A stretch of 64,000 nucleotides of DNA from Bugula neritina (lineage: Eukaryota > Animalia > Bryozoa). The translations under genes were made by a program, and so were the position numbers. Below the pieces are notes generated by a model. It had not been told where the DNA came from. It saw only the letters and a list, made by a program, of their open reading frames with translations, and ran no database searches. Below are positions 14,471 to 26,530 of the stretch, in pieces (the first letter of the stretch is position 1; each line of letters opens with the position of its first letter). The stretch lies in NCBI GenBank assembly GCA_964035545.1, contig OZ037769.1, forward strand, positions 5,623,929 to 5,687,928, read 5' to 3'.

Positions 14471-15822
14471 ATGATAAGAGGTACTCTAATGAACAAGTAA
14501 AGAATAAAGACGGTATCTCTGCTCAGAAACATCTCATTATTAGCTAATTCCTTGATCAAGTCTTGGCTCTTCTATGATGTTAACATCTAATAATATGTCT
14601 AGGAATGATGCTTTATGACCCAAAAAGTTTAATAATAAATCTGAATGGATAAGAAGGATTATAGTTCTGAAAGGGCAAACTGATTTTAGAGTCTTAGAAT
14701 TAAAGCAACAGTGACCTAGTAGTGGGGGATCCCAGTCAGTGACTCGAACTTATTCAGTGAGTATCCGATGTCACTGGGTCTTAATGGCAAACCCAATTCT
14801 ACTAACACTCTACCTAAAAAATAGCTGAAAATATACGATTTTAGGTAAAGTAACTAAGTGTTTTGCCTACAGAGTAAGACAGTAGATGTAAAACTATGGG
14901 TATTTCCAGAACAAATAATTTATCAGCAAGATTTCCAGCTATACACAAACGTCTGCTGATGGGAGTTTGATGTCTAACCTGGATTTGATAGGCAGTGTTT
15001 CCAGCAGTATTGTATACAGCTTCAACATCAATGACAAAACAGTTTCAATAATTAAGTTTTTCCGTTCTGGGAATCATGTATGCCATGTGAAGATTTATGG
15101 TATTGGTGCCATTAGCGAATGCACACTGACATAGTTTGCTACTTGCACCTGAGAAAGAATGTTGTTGACTAGAACCTGCCTGCCTATAGTGGTAAACATG
15201 TATTTCGTGGTAAGTGGTGCATACAACCATACACCAGAGCAAATAAAGGAAAGTAATGCATACAATTTAACAACACAGCCATTCGAAATACCTGTGGCCA
15301 TAGATGAGCTTTCTTTTGAATTTGAAGGTGTATATAAATTATGTATGTTGATCGATCAGATTGCAATGGAATGAAGAATGTGTTAGAATGTCATCGATAA
15401 GTTCTCTTAAGATCAGACTTCTAACAGTTAAGTTTATGAGCTGTCAAAGTGAAGAAAACTATAGGTATTGGTGATAGAAAATATTGATGGAATGAAGACT
15501 AACGCCTATGATTTTCATCTTCATGGTAAAACATTTTTTCTTTCACTGTATCAATTTCAAAAAGTAGCAATAGCAGTATATTATTGCCACAGTTTTGTAG
15601 CAATAATTACAATCATCTAATTGCTGTAAGAAACAATAACAAAAGTGGCTATATATTTTTGTTACGTAACAACTTTTTTAAAATATTTAATTAGTTTTTA
15701 GTGTTTTGGGTTTCATCACACGCTGGCCGATAGCTCAGTTTACAGATAATACCAAATGCAAAAACACAGATTCAAGATAATCTCATCAAACAAAAAATGA
15801 ACTTTTTAAATCTAAAATAATT

Positions 15823-16012
15823 CACACAAGTTTATAGTCACTACCCCGGTGAGACCCCCTGATGGAAGGGCTAAGGACTTATTCAGATAAGGCACAGGAG
15901 CAATTATGACTGAATGCTCTTTCTAACATCACCAATGACCTTTGTCGGCTTCGAACCCATGACTTCGTGTTTACTATGCAAATGCTCTAACCCCTAGACC
16001 ACGGCTGCTCTC
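15823..16012 (-). mobile_element. tRNA-derived SINE, copy 2
   Basis: Minus-strand head GAGAGCAGCCGTGGTCTAGGGGTTAGAGCATTTGC...CATGGGTTCGAAGCC carries a Pol III A box (15991-16001) and B box (15947-15957). No complete cloverleaf; body is shared with 6865-7062. Confidence 0.75.
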
Positions 16013-16580
16013 TATCTTTTAATCTCAACTCAATCAAAGAAGATGAACATGTTCAAACTTGCCTGGCTTGAACTGCTGACAGTTGGAAATGACGCAGTCA
16101 AATGCAGATAACTAGAATAACTATTAATTTGCACGCAAGTTGATTCAATATTGCAAGATCAACAGTTTACTTAGGTAAAATTTAAGAGTAATCACTTGGT
16201 AGTAATTCTGCTACAAATTCCTTTAAAGCCTAATCTCGAGTATTGTTTCATCATGAAAGATGCCAAAAGACGACAAATTAAACGCAAGTTTCCCAGCCTT
16301 TTATTGTAAAGTCAGCATGTTATTATATGATCTAAATATGAAATAGATAGAGTTTTAAAGGAAACTTAGTAGATTATACATGTGTTAAAGAGTAAGCTGT
16401 AGTAACACACCCTAATTTATTCCAGATTAGTGTGTGCTAGGTCAAGGTGAAACATACACAGAAGGATTATCTGAAGGAATCTTTACTAGTTTGTGTGATT
16501 TACAAGTAGTTTCGCAATAATTTACTGATTAAGATGTGAATTTTCAACTAAGTGGATTATTCATCAGATAAATATAACAT

Positions 16581-16637
16581 GTATAGTAAGTAGAGTAAGT
16601 ATAGTAAGTAGAGTAAGGGTAGGGTAGAGTAGAGTAG
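16581..16637. repeat. (AGTAG/GGTAG)n pentanucleotide repeat
   Basis: Directly visible. Confidence 0.85.
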
Positions 16638-18927
16638 GGTAGGGTACAGTAGAGTAAAATATACCTAGCATGCCATTTACAAGATGATGGTAGAATAATA
16701 ATTAGTTAGTTAGTCTCAAACCCTGCTTAATTGACAATTGTGGTAAAATACTATTAGTTCAAACATAGCTTTAATGTTTGTTGAAAAATGAGGCTAATAC
16801 ACTAACTATTTATCTAGTATATACAACAGAAATAACTGTTTAAGGTTAGAAAAAGGTTTTTGCATTAAGTTAAGCTGTATGTGAGTGTGATTCCCTGCAT
16901 TACATTTTTAACAAAATAACTTTTTCTGCATTAAGCAGTTCAGCATGGCTGATTAATCACAGTTTACCATACTTTTTGAACTGATAGAGCTATTCATTTC
17001 GCCAGTCTCTTGTTTGAAAACAAATATAATGCGAAGTTGATATAGGTATATAAGCAAACAATAAACAATGTTTTTTTTTAATAAAAAACTGGCTTCTACT
17101 TAAAAGCTAACTTTAAAATTCTACTTAAATACTTATACTTATTTGTTGTAAGGAAATATGAAAATAAAAGCTTACTTTGAATAATTTGAAGTGATAAAAG
17201 ACACATTTGTCTTGAGTCGTCATGAAACATTTCAACAACATATTCCAGAAAATATTGTTGACGAATTCAGTTATCCCTTAAATATTCAAAATAATTAAAG
17301 AAAATATCAAGTTTTGCCTACTTAAGAGATTATGAAATGTGAAAGTCATTGGATTAATTGAAATTAGATGTGACAAAGCCAAACCCTGTTATGAAGTGAA
17401 GTGAAACTTTCAATAGATGTTACAGAAGTGCACGAAGATTATGCAGATTACAGGTTTCAGACTCAGTGAACAGCTGCAGCACAGTATCTGTTTGCTGAAT
17501 TTAGGACAATGAAGCGTATAGCCAATTGCTATCAAATATTATGAAAATTTATTGAGTTTTGATAGCACTTTTCTTTGCTTACTAATTTTTACAAAATTAC
17601 AGAGAAAAAATTATATTACTTTTGGTTAAACAGATTAAAAAGTGATGCTTATACCGTTGATTTGAAGCTGTCAGTTTTGTATAAGTCAAGAATGCATTTG
17701 CAAAATAAAACTGCCAATAAATTTATTTCGCAATAGTGGCAGTGATTGAAAGCGTGCTGGTAAGATATTTATTTTCAAAATATTTTCATTTATCTTGTAT
17801 AGCCAAAGAACACAATCAATTAAGAAGATGAAATAATTCAGTTGGCATTTTGTGGTCAAGAATAAAAAAAGTGATTGTGTATTTGTGATGGTGACTTACA
17901 AGGTTTTTTAGTATGAAACAACGCTTTAATAACTGGTTAACTGAGAGCTTGCAGGTATGTTTGTGCGAGTTTTTTATGTTAAGCTCATCTTATATGAAAA
18001 GTAACACCAGCAACTATATATACAGAAAACCCCAACTTCATACAATTGGATGCGCTACATGTATATCAAACATAAAACAGTTGCAAGTTGCCTAAACCAA
18101 CCACTTTGTGGTTTTACTCCTATACAAAACCATATTGATGGACCTAATACACTTGTGCCAGTGTTTTCATAGATTTTAGAGCTTCTGATGGTGATGTAAG
18201 GTGCTGCCTCACCACAAGGAGACAGCAACTAAGTCTTGTCACTGTGATATAGATGAAGTCCGCATACATGTTCTACAGTCTACACAGTTTAACTTACAGA
18301 CACATTTTACTTCAAATATATTTACCAGTTATAATAATTTCCCCCAACTACCAGAAAAGTATTTTCATGAGTCATAAAGAAAATTTTAGAATTTAAACTT
18401 TAAACACCTGGTAAAATGTAATTTAAAATTGAATTGGAACGAGCATATGCCATAGGAGCTGAATAGCCATTGCCAACTTCTAGACTATAAACATGAGCTT
18501 ACTGGCTACTTGTTATGAAATGCCGCATACTTCTCTCACTCTACATATCATTAACGCTTATTTAAAAAACAACTTAAGCTACCAGGTTTTGTGGCATTTG
18601 CAGTCACATTTTTTAAATCAATAGACATAAATCAGCCACTTCCTTTACTAAACGATAGAATGCTATGAGTAAGCAATGGTGGTTGCAGGATATGGATAAC
18701 AAGCTTGCATAACTCTATGTTAAATACATGTGAAATGTTACTAATATTTTGATATTCAAAACTATAATTTTTTTAAACACTGTAGAGCCACAGGTCTGAA
18801 ATTGATAAGCTGGGGTGTCAATTCGCAGCTTGTGCTGCATCTTTAATAGATAGTAATTACTTGGTTTTATACTGGTAAAAAGATGTTCTACGCTGAAACG
18901 GAAATTCCTGTTTCAGAGATAAGAAAC

Positions 18928-20415
18928 TTAAGTCAAAATAAACTTCAGTTTGATAGACAAGGTACTAACTCTCACCTTTTTAGATTCTTTCGAGGCAGAT
19001 TTAGTCCGATCTTTACTCCAAGATGGCGATGGATCTACATAAGCATGATTGGCCAAATTACTGTCGGATCTGTACATGAATTGATCAGGATGATACTGTG
19101 TGTATAAAGGTTGTTGGCGCATATAATATTGTCTCTCAACTCTTCCGTCAGAGAGAGTGGAGCCAGTGGGTGCTTGACTGTAGACAACTTGTCTTGGAAT
19201 GCAGTGAGCATTCCGGGATTCAACTGTAGGAGCGATTCTTACTTTTTGGTATCGCTGATCACTGTTGTAGGAGTTAAGAGTTGACTGACTCAACGACAAT
19301 GATTTTAATGATTCCAAAGGAGCCATGTTAATTATGTTCCCGTTTGTGTGCAAAGAGTTCTGATTTCCTATTTGGTGTCTTGATCTAGACAATGGTGAGT
19401 TGACTCTATGAACAATAGTAGCTGTTGGAGTGATGTCACAGTCAGCTGTAGCCAATGAAGAGTCTCGACTTAATGGGTATCCTGATGAAATACTTGTAGA
19501 TTTATTTGAGAGTGTGCTGTCTTCCTCGTCTTCTGAATTTGCTGAAAGTAGATCCGACTGAAACTCGGAACCTGATGCTGATGTCTGGGAACTTTTTGGA
19601 GATGATTGTAAAGAAGCGCCAGTTTTGCTTGATATAGTTTGATTTTTAGACACTTTGATGTTTATACCATAAGGATGTCTTGCCAATGCAGAGGTGTGAT
19701 TGTCTAGCATGTAGCCTTCTATAGAGTTGTCTGTAGATAACTCGGAGGAGCGCGGAGATTGTTCCCCTTTCAGGGAACATTCATCATGGTCGCTGTAACC
19801 AGAGTCTGTATGTGTGTCGTCAGCAATGTTCAGCGTGTACCCACATTTTATATTTCTAAAATTCAAGCTGTGAAGAGGCTGATTCCACCCTGCCTCATCA
19901 CGATATGCTAATGCCGTCGCTTGCACCAATAACTGTGCTATTTCTTTTCTGGTTACAGCAAAAGCATGGCATTGTAAAACTTTTTTCTGTACAGTCTCTC
20001 TAATTACCATAGCAAATATCGGCTTTAATGTCGATTTTCCACCTGCTTTTTGTTCTAAACTGTAAAACTCCATTTTTCCATTTTTAGTTTTTAATGGTTG
20101 CAGTCCAGCAGAGCAGTAAAGATTCTGAATTGGGTACCAAACTGCTTCCCCACTGTGCTTACCAAAGAGAAGCTCTATAAGTACTCCACTGTGAAATACG
20201 TAGAGCATAACAGGCTTTTTCGGTGTATTTGTTAATGAAGGCAAACTTTCTCTCTCGCATATTTTCTCTAGAGGTTCATGAATTATTCCAGGAGGTTGTG
20301 TAGTTCTAGTTGGAAGTGCAGCACCCAAATATGTTGCCTCACATCGTACTAATGCTCGGACATTGTAGGCTGCAGGATTGTCAAAGTATTTTCTCTCTGC
20401 CATGTCTGAAGGCAT
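18928..20415 (-). CDS. PTB/PID-domain adaptor protein, CG12581-like family (gene PTB-A); main coding exon
   Basis: 495-codon ORF. The N-terminal ~170 aa show RCEATYLG...EPL...MLYVFHSGVLIE...WYPIQNLYCSA...PIFAMVIR...KVLQCHAF...AQLLVQATALAY, matching the recalled Drosophila CG12581-type PTB pattern, followed by a long Ser-rich disordered tail. Acceptor TTGCAG at ~20510 precedes the ATG. A strong donor AAG|GTGAGA at 18976/18975 suggests the true exon is 18976-20415 (480 codons) with a downstream exon I could not place. Confidence 0.82.
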   Translation of the reverse strand: MPSDMAERKYFDNPAAYNVRALVRCEATYLGAALPTRTTQPPGIIHEPLEKICERESLPSLTNTPKKPVMLYVFHSGVLIELLFGKHSGEAVWYPIQNLYCSAGLQPLKTKNGKMEFYSLEQKAGGKSTLKPIFAMVIRETVQKKVLQCHAFAVTRKEIAQLLVQATALAYRDEAGWNQPLHSLNFRNIKCGYTLNIADDTHTDSGYSDHDECSLKGEQSPRSSELSTDNSIEGYMLDNHTSALARHPYGINIKVSKNQTISSKTGASLQSSPKSSQTSASGSEFQSDLLSANSEDEEDSTLSNKSTSISSGYPLSRDSSLATADCDITPTATIVHRVNSPLSRSRHQIGNQNSLHTNGNIINMAPLESLKSLSLSQSTLNSYNSDQRYQKVRIAPTVESRNAHCIPRQVVYSQAPTGSTLSDGRVERQYYMRQQPLYTQYHPDQFMYRSDSNLANHAYVDPSPSWSKDRTKSASKESKKVRVSTLSIKLKFILT

Positions 20416-22865
20416 CTCTACTCGATGAGTGACTGATACGCACTAAGAAAAACTATCCATACAGGCTCATGTTTATTCATGTCAGATGAAATATGTGATG
20501 TGAAAATACCTGCAACAACATTGTATAAACTGTAACGTTGACATTACAACCAGTTGACAACCGAATGATTAGCATGATCAGAAAACAGCTCAGTGCAAAT
20601 CATGCTAATTATATTCTGTGAGTGTCAGTTCTTAGCAATAATTTATCATTTCTTAGTCTTGTTTTCAAAGCAGCATCGTCATGTATGTACACAACAGCGT
20701 GATATATTAGCATTATTATAGAACATTACCTCTTGTACTTACCTTTATTGCACCATCTTACATTTTAAGTAAGTTTTCCAACATAAAGTAATACTCAGAC
20801 TTAATCTCTGCACTTTCACCAACTTAACGTACACATAAACACATTGACACTGCAGTGCTTATAGAAAAGGTTGATAATAAATGCCTTTTGCCAACTGTCG
20901 CTACAACCAAGTAGTCTTTAGATGTGCGCTGAGTGTACTGAATCACTTTTAATCATACATCTAGCTCTTGGTTTTGGCAGTAGCACGTAGCTATAGCAAC
21001 CAATTTGCTTTTATAATGAACTGAAATAGAATTTATGTTGAATGACCATGACACGATTGTATGGTATTATGCATCAACATGTTGCTTAATCACATTCTGA
21101 TTTACATCCAGGTAGGTTACAGCAAGCATTGGCCAATATAATGTAGTATTAATCTGAGAATAAACAGGGAATCCTCAGGTAACTTAGATTAATGCAAATA
21201 AATTACATCTAATCTTCTTTACGTTTCATCAATGGTACGGTGACAGTTACTTCTAGTAGCTTTTTGCAAAGCGTATAATACTGTTGCGACAGTTTTACTG
21301 TTTTATATAGTTTATGCACTTCATTAGCGTATGTTGATACTCCTAACAGTTTTTAGTACACTGAATAAAGTAAATAATACATTATTTCTGCCTTTCATCA
21401 GCAGGTGTTTCATTAAACAGAAGGTTTTCTTTATAGGTTTATGAGTTGTTACAGAAATTCATATTATTGAACTATTTAATAAAATCAATGTAAATCTTGA
21501 TATTACTACTGGTAGGTTAAAAGTTATATATCAGTGTGGCTAGTTGAAGTAGATAACCTGTTGGCTAATCCGTAGGAATTGTATGGTACCTAACGGTAAA
21601 TTAAAGTTAGCAAATTGGAAAAACGAGCAGCTATGGAAAAGATTCATTCTATTTAAAGAAAGTCTGGTCACTTGACCTATAAATTTCTTTTTGTAAAATA
21701 AATATTTTTTTATGTAAGATCCTCTGGATAAGTGGAAACTATTAGATCATCTATATTATGTATATGTAACATTTAATAGCAAGGGTGCCAGTTTTGTATG
21801 AATATCATACTACTATGAAACCATCACGCCCTTACAGTGCTATGTTAAGCTTAGGAAAACAAGCCAGTTATAAAAATTGTCTACTTGCATTACAGTGAGT
21901 GGACAATTCCTAACTAATTGAAACTGATTTTAGTTCAATTGTCATGTAATCTGAAAATAAATTTTGTCACTTAGCTTCATTGGTTTCTTAAGAGCACAGT
22001 CTAAAAGCAACTACCTTGGTTCTAAGCAGAAACCATGCTGTTTTACATACTGTTTGCATGTTCCGTCGCAAGAGCAGACAATTACTCAGATTATTTATTT
22101 AAAAGAGACATAAGTGTTTCCATACACACCCTTAAAAGAGACCACTAAACTTCTCCATTATTTACACTTATTACTTATTGCTTGTACAAGCTGGAGGTTA
22201 TCAGTTTTATTGCTTTTGCACAAGGAAGACAACTTTAGTTTCATTCATTGTCAAAAGAAGATAACTCTTTGACCATGAATACCGAGAGTCAACTGAAAAG
22301 GAAATGACTGTAGATTGCAAGTTTAAGTTTTTATGGATTTATGCATGTATAAATATATGTAGAACATTATCAAAATACTTATATGAGTTTTATGTACATT
22401 AAATAATTATTAAAAAAATGATGCAATTAATATATTGGCAGGCTAAACATTGCTAGTATAAAGGTCGGGTACACAAAGCAAATATGATATGACTTGTTAT
22501 AGATTTTACACTGGAAAAAGTATACATAAAAAACAAATTTATCTTTTGCAGTCAAAAGTTCTCTGTATAAGTTATATTAAAACTAACCAATAAAAAAGTA
22601 CAATAAGTTACATGATTATGTATATTCAATAACAACATACAGCTTTTCATTCAACAAATTAAATGGATGAAAGTTTGAGATGCAAACTTTTCATCGTTGA
22701 ATAGCAATCATCTATTCCCTGTATGATGACACTCCTGTAGCTCTACTAATAAATATAGACTGGAGTAATCTGCTCCTGTTATGTTTTACACGAAGAGCAC
22801 GCAGCTCTCAAATATATTCAGTGTTTTAGTTTTTGTGGTTTTTGCAACTAGCTACAGCAAGTTAA

Positions 22866-23495
22866 CAAGATAACATTTCACAACTTTATTATTTCTAAGA
22901 ACATTGTAGTACCAATTTTGTTAACAAGTGCATCCTTAATACTAAACTCAGCATTCATTGAGAGCAAAATTATGATAAGGACGATTTCAGTTACTAGTAT
23001 TAAGTATAGCAAGGCAACTGAACTTAGAATGAAATAACGGAAATAAGATATTTCAAATTGCTTATCGTGTGAGTTAAATGAATGTAATAGGTGCAGCAGT
23101 AAAGTGGGTGAATCCGGTAAAACGAGTTAAGTGGGTAAAGTAGGCTGTAAAACCCTGTTATAAAGTTATATACTATTAGTAACCATTATATAGCTTGGTG
23201 AGTCTAAATTTCTTTGACAACAACATAGTATGTTATCATTTGATAATCAGAGTAGCTATATAACCAGTTTACATAATAGAGTTACGACATGTGATGTTTG
23301 ATACTCAGTGAAATACAAACATTGCATGCTACTTTCCGTAAGCTGCCAAGATAACATTTCACAACTTTATTATTTCTAAGAACATTGTAGTACCAATTTT
23401 GTTAACAAGTGCATCCTTAATACTAAACTCATGCATTCATTGAGAGCAAAATTATGATAAGGATGATTGCAATTACTAGTATTAAGTATAGCAAG
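22866..23495. repeat. ~148-bp near-identical direct repeat pair (22866-23013 and 23347-23495)
   Basis: CAAGATAACATTTCACAAC...AGTATAGCAAG occurs twice with only a few differences, separated by ~333 bp. Confidence 0.92.
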
Positions 23496-26342
23496 TCAAA
23501 CTGTGATTGTGATCTGAAAATTATAGCAAAAACATAATTTGTATTATTATGTTTATTATTTATGTTATGTAATGATAAGAAAACTATCCAATTCTGCTTT
23601 TTAGATTCTGATACAGAAACCTGTTTGCAAATTAATACTTTTTTGTAATTGTTAGTATTTTGGCTTGGAATGCTATAACAACTGCATAAATAAATTCTTT
23701 ATTTTAGTCATAATAATTTATTATTTTGTTTATAATGGGAATTACAGTATATGTTTTTAGTTTTACCCATAGCTTAAAGTTTTGGTACACCCGATATTAA
23801 AATAGGCTGAATTCTTTGCACACAAGTGTCATGCTAAAACGAAGAATCATTGTTTAGAATTCTATAACTTTTGCATCATTTGGAATTAGAAGAATGCTGA
23901 TGTTAGTTGCTGATAAAAAAGTCGTGAGTTTGCGACACACTCAGTCATGACTATTTTTAAAACTTGTTTATCATACATCTATCAAATGCATCAAGTTTAA
24001 AAACAACATACCTTACGAAACGGTGTGATATATTGCCATTGTCCACAAAGCCTATGCATGATGTCATCACACCACAGTAATTGTTTATGTGAGCGTGCTT
24101 AAAATCCTTGTTTACAAAATCCAATAACAATATAACTATCACAATACCTTTTGATAGGCAGGTGTATTTGTAAAAACATGTCATGTGACCTAATTAAATG
24201 AAGTGCAAACTTTGTCTATATGAAACCTTCTGTTTGTAAGAAATATTTTGTTTGTTGGAATAATATTTGCTGACAAAAACTTGTTAATCAAAGTTGTTTT
24301 AAAGAAATCATTTTGGAAGAAGTGTTTGAACATTATTATTTATGTTTCTATAACTGCGGGGGGGGGGGGGGGGGGGGGTACTTGGAAAAACATATTTCTA
24401 GCTAATGATATATTGTGGCTGTAGCTTCAATTTAATGGCTTTAGCTTTTATACATTTTTTTATTTTGAAGTGACCGATAACTTGGATTAGGCATTAAATT
24501 ATCAGTAATTAGCAGTTTATGTTTGTGTGATGCTTTTGTTTTAATTAGGGAACAAATAACTTCCTTCACTACACACTAATGCTTAGTAGAGTGCACTGGA
24601 AATAACTGTCTACAAGTGCATTTCATGAGAAACAACAAACCATGTGTTTCAGTAAAATCTGACATCTACAGAACAGTTGCAGCTTATGGAATCATTTAAC
24701 TACCGTGTCTAACACCGACACAATAAATTCTAATTCAGTATAAATAAAATTTTGAGTTCTATAAACATTAAAATCCTTGCACATAAATGTCACGGAACTG
24801 GCTACAAAGAGCTTAAACTCATCAAATTTTTTAACGGTTTTGATTGGCTGAGAAATCAACAGCTCTGAAATTCCATGTCTTGTAAGCATTTCTGACATTT
24901 TGGTTGTGCAATTTAACCACAAGCATGAAATGTTGCTTATTTGAAAGATGGAACATGTCACTACCTGACCATTGCCACAGCTGTTCAAAATATCTCATAT
25001 GACTGGAGAACTTTAAACAGCCTTGGTTTTTTATTGTATTGTAATTGTATATTGTAGCATTGTAGCGCATCATCACTGATACCTGTTGACTCATACTAAG
25101 CTATTTGACAGCCTATTTTGGTCCCTGCATTTGGTGACACTAGGGTATGCTCATGGTAAACCTTTTCAAAGGTAGCCAAGTGAATGGAAACAAGCATTTA
25201 TATGACTACCATATGTCAACAACTCATCCAAACCTTGTCCAAGAGGCTGGATTAAAAGTAATATGCAAAAGTAACTCTCTTGCATCGAGGTAGGCTGTCT
25301 AAAATGTTCAACCACAAAAATAGCCTTTTCAAGTTATGTCAATGTTACAGATAAAACATCAGCTTTCAAAAAAAGAAATTTTTTGAAGCACTTTTTGCAA
25401 AATTGATTTGTACAGAATTAGACTTTACGTTCATTGGTTGCTAACTTGACGATTTTTTGGAACTCATTGTTTGATCAACTTGGATGCAATTCCTTGTAGT
25501 ACCTTTACACTGCAACTTGCATAGTCGGTTGCTTTTATTACTGAAGACTCGCGTGAGTTTGCTGATTTGATTGGTCAAGCCTAAAAACTCCTAATCTCCG
25601 AAGAAACTGTTATCAGGAGTCGAAAAGTCTCAATTCCCTTGTTAGAGTGTGAACTTAGCTTAATTCCATTTCCAAATATTACGCAACTAAGGAACCCGAT
25701 ATTGTTATGAAAGAGCTGACATTTGGCTGCACATTGACTCATTCATGCAGCTTTCGTAGGACTCAAAGCTTTCCCTGTCTTGGATCAGGTTCTTCAGTCC
25801 CCAAACACAAGCATCATTCATGCGGACTATTACTTCTTCCAATTAGTCACAATCTGTTCTTTGAATATGAGCTCGTTAGAATAGTTTTCTAAGCTGAATG
25901 ATGAGTCAATGAGTCGGCAGCTAAATTCAAATCTCTTAATTGATGTCAAAAATGTTGGCATCAACTTGGATGTTTTTAGAAAAGCCTTTGGTAAAACTTG
26001 GGATACCAATTTTTTATTCAACTTAATGAAACATGAATCTACCTGGGCTATAGAGATCTGGCTTATACTAAGCAGGCTGTAATTAAAACAAATATGTATT
26101 TTCTTACGCGTAAATTATAAAAAGCTGACTATTGCTGTTAAGAGCTCAACAGCAGATTTTCACTTTGTATGAATTCCTAATGTAGTTTCACGTTTGGATT
26201 CAGGGATACAATTGCTGTATTTTACTGATTAGCAACTTCAAATGCTACAAATATACTTGGGCACTCCTCGTCTGCCATGTTTTTGACATGACTTACAAAT
26301 TTGTTGATCTACAATTCACTAAGTGTGCTTTCTCTGATTTTA

Positions 26343-26530
26343 AGTAAAAATGGCACAGGTAATAATGGCACAGGTAATAATGGCACAAATGAAAAGGTTA
26401 TAGATAAAAGTGGCACACTGATGTTAAATTTTCCCAACCCTCAAACCCTTACCTCAAGCGCCAATCTTGAAAATGTGCTACTTTTACCGACTTTTACATT
26501 TGTGCCATTACTACCTGTGTCATTTTTAAC
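26343..26530 (+). mobile_element. MITE family B (AATGGCACAGGT subterminal repeats), copy 1
   Basis: Left GTAAAAATGGCACAGGTAATAATGGCACA... is inverted to right TTTGTGCCATTACTACCTGTGTCATTTTTAAC. Internal CACTGATGTTAAATTTTCCCAA is shared with the 35800 and 36730 copies. Confidence 0.75.

Noticed and set aside
15940-16012. Possible tRNA gene
   Set aside because: A/B boxes are present but there is no acceptor stem; it is the head of a repeated SINE.
16535-16570. CTGATGA...GAAA (minus strand) hammerhead-like spacing
   Set aside because: Stem II cannot pair.
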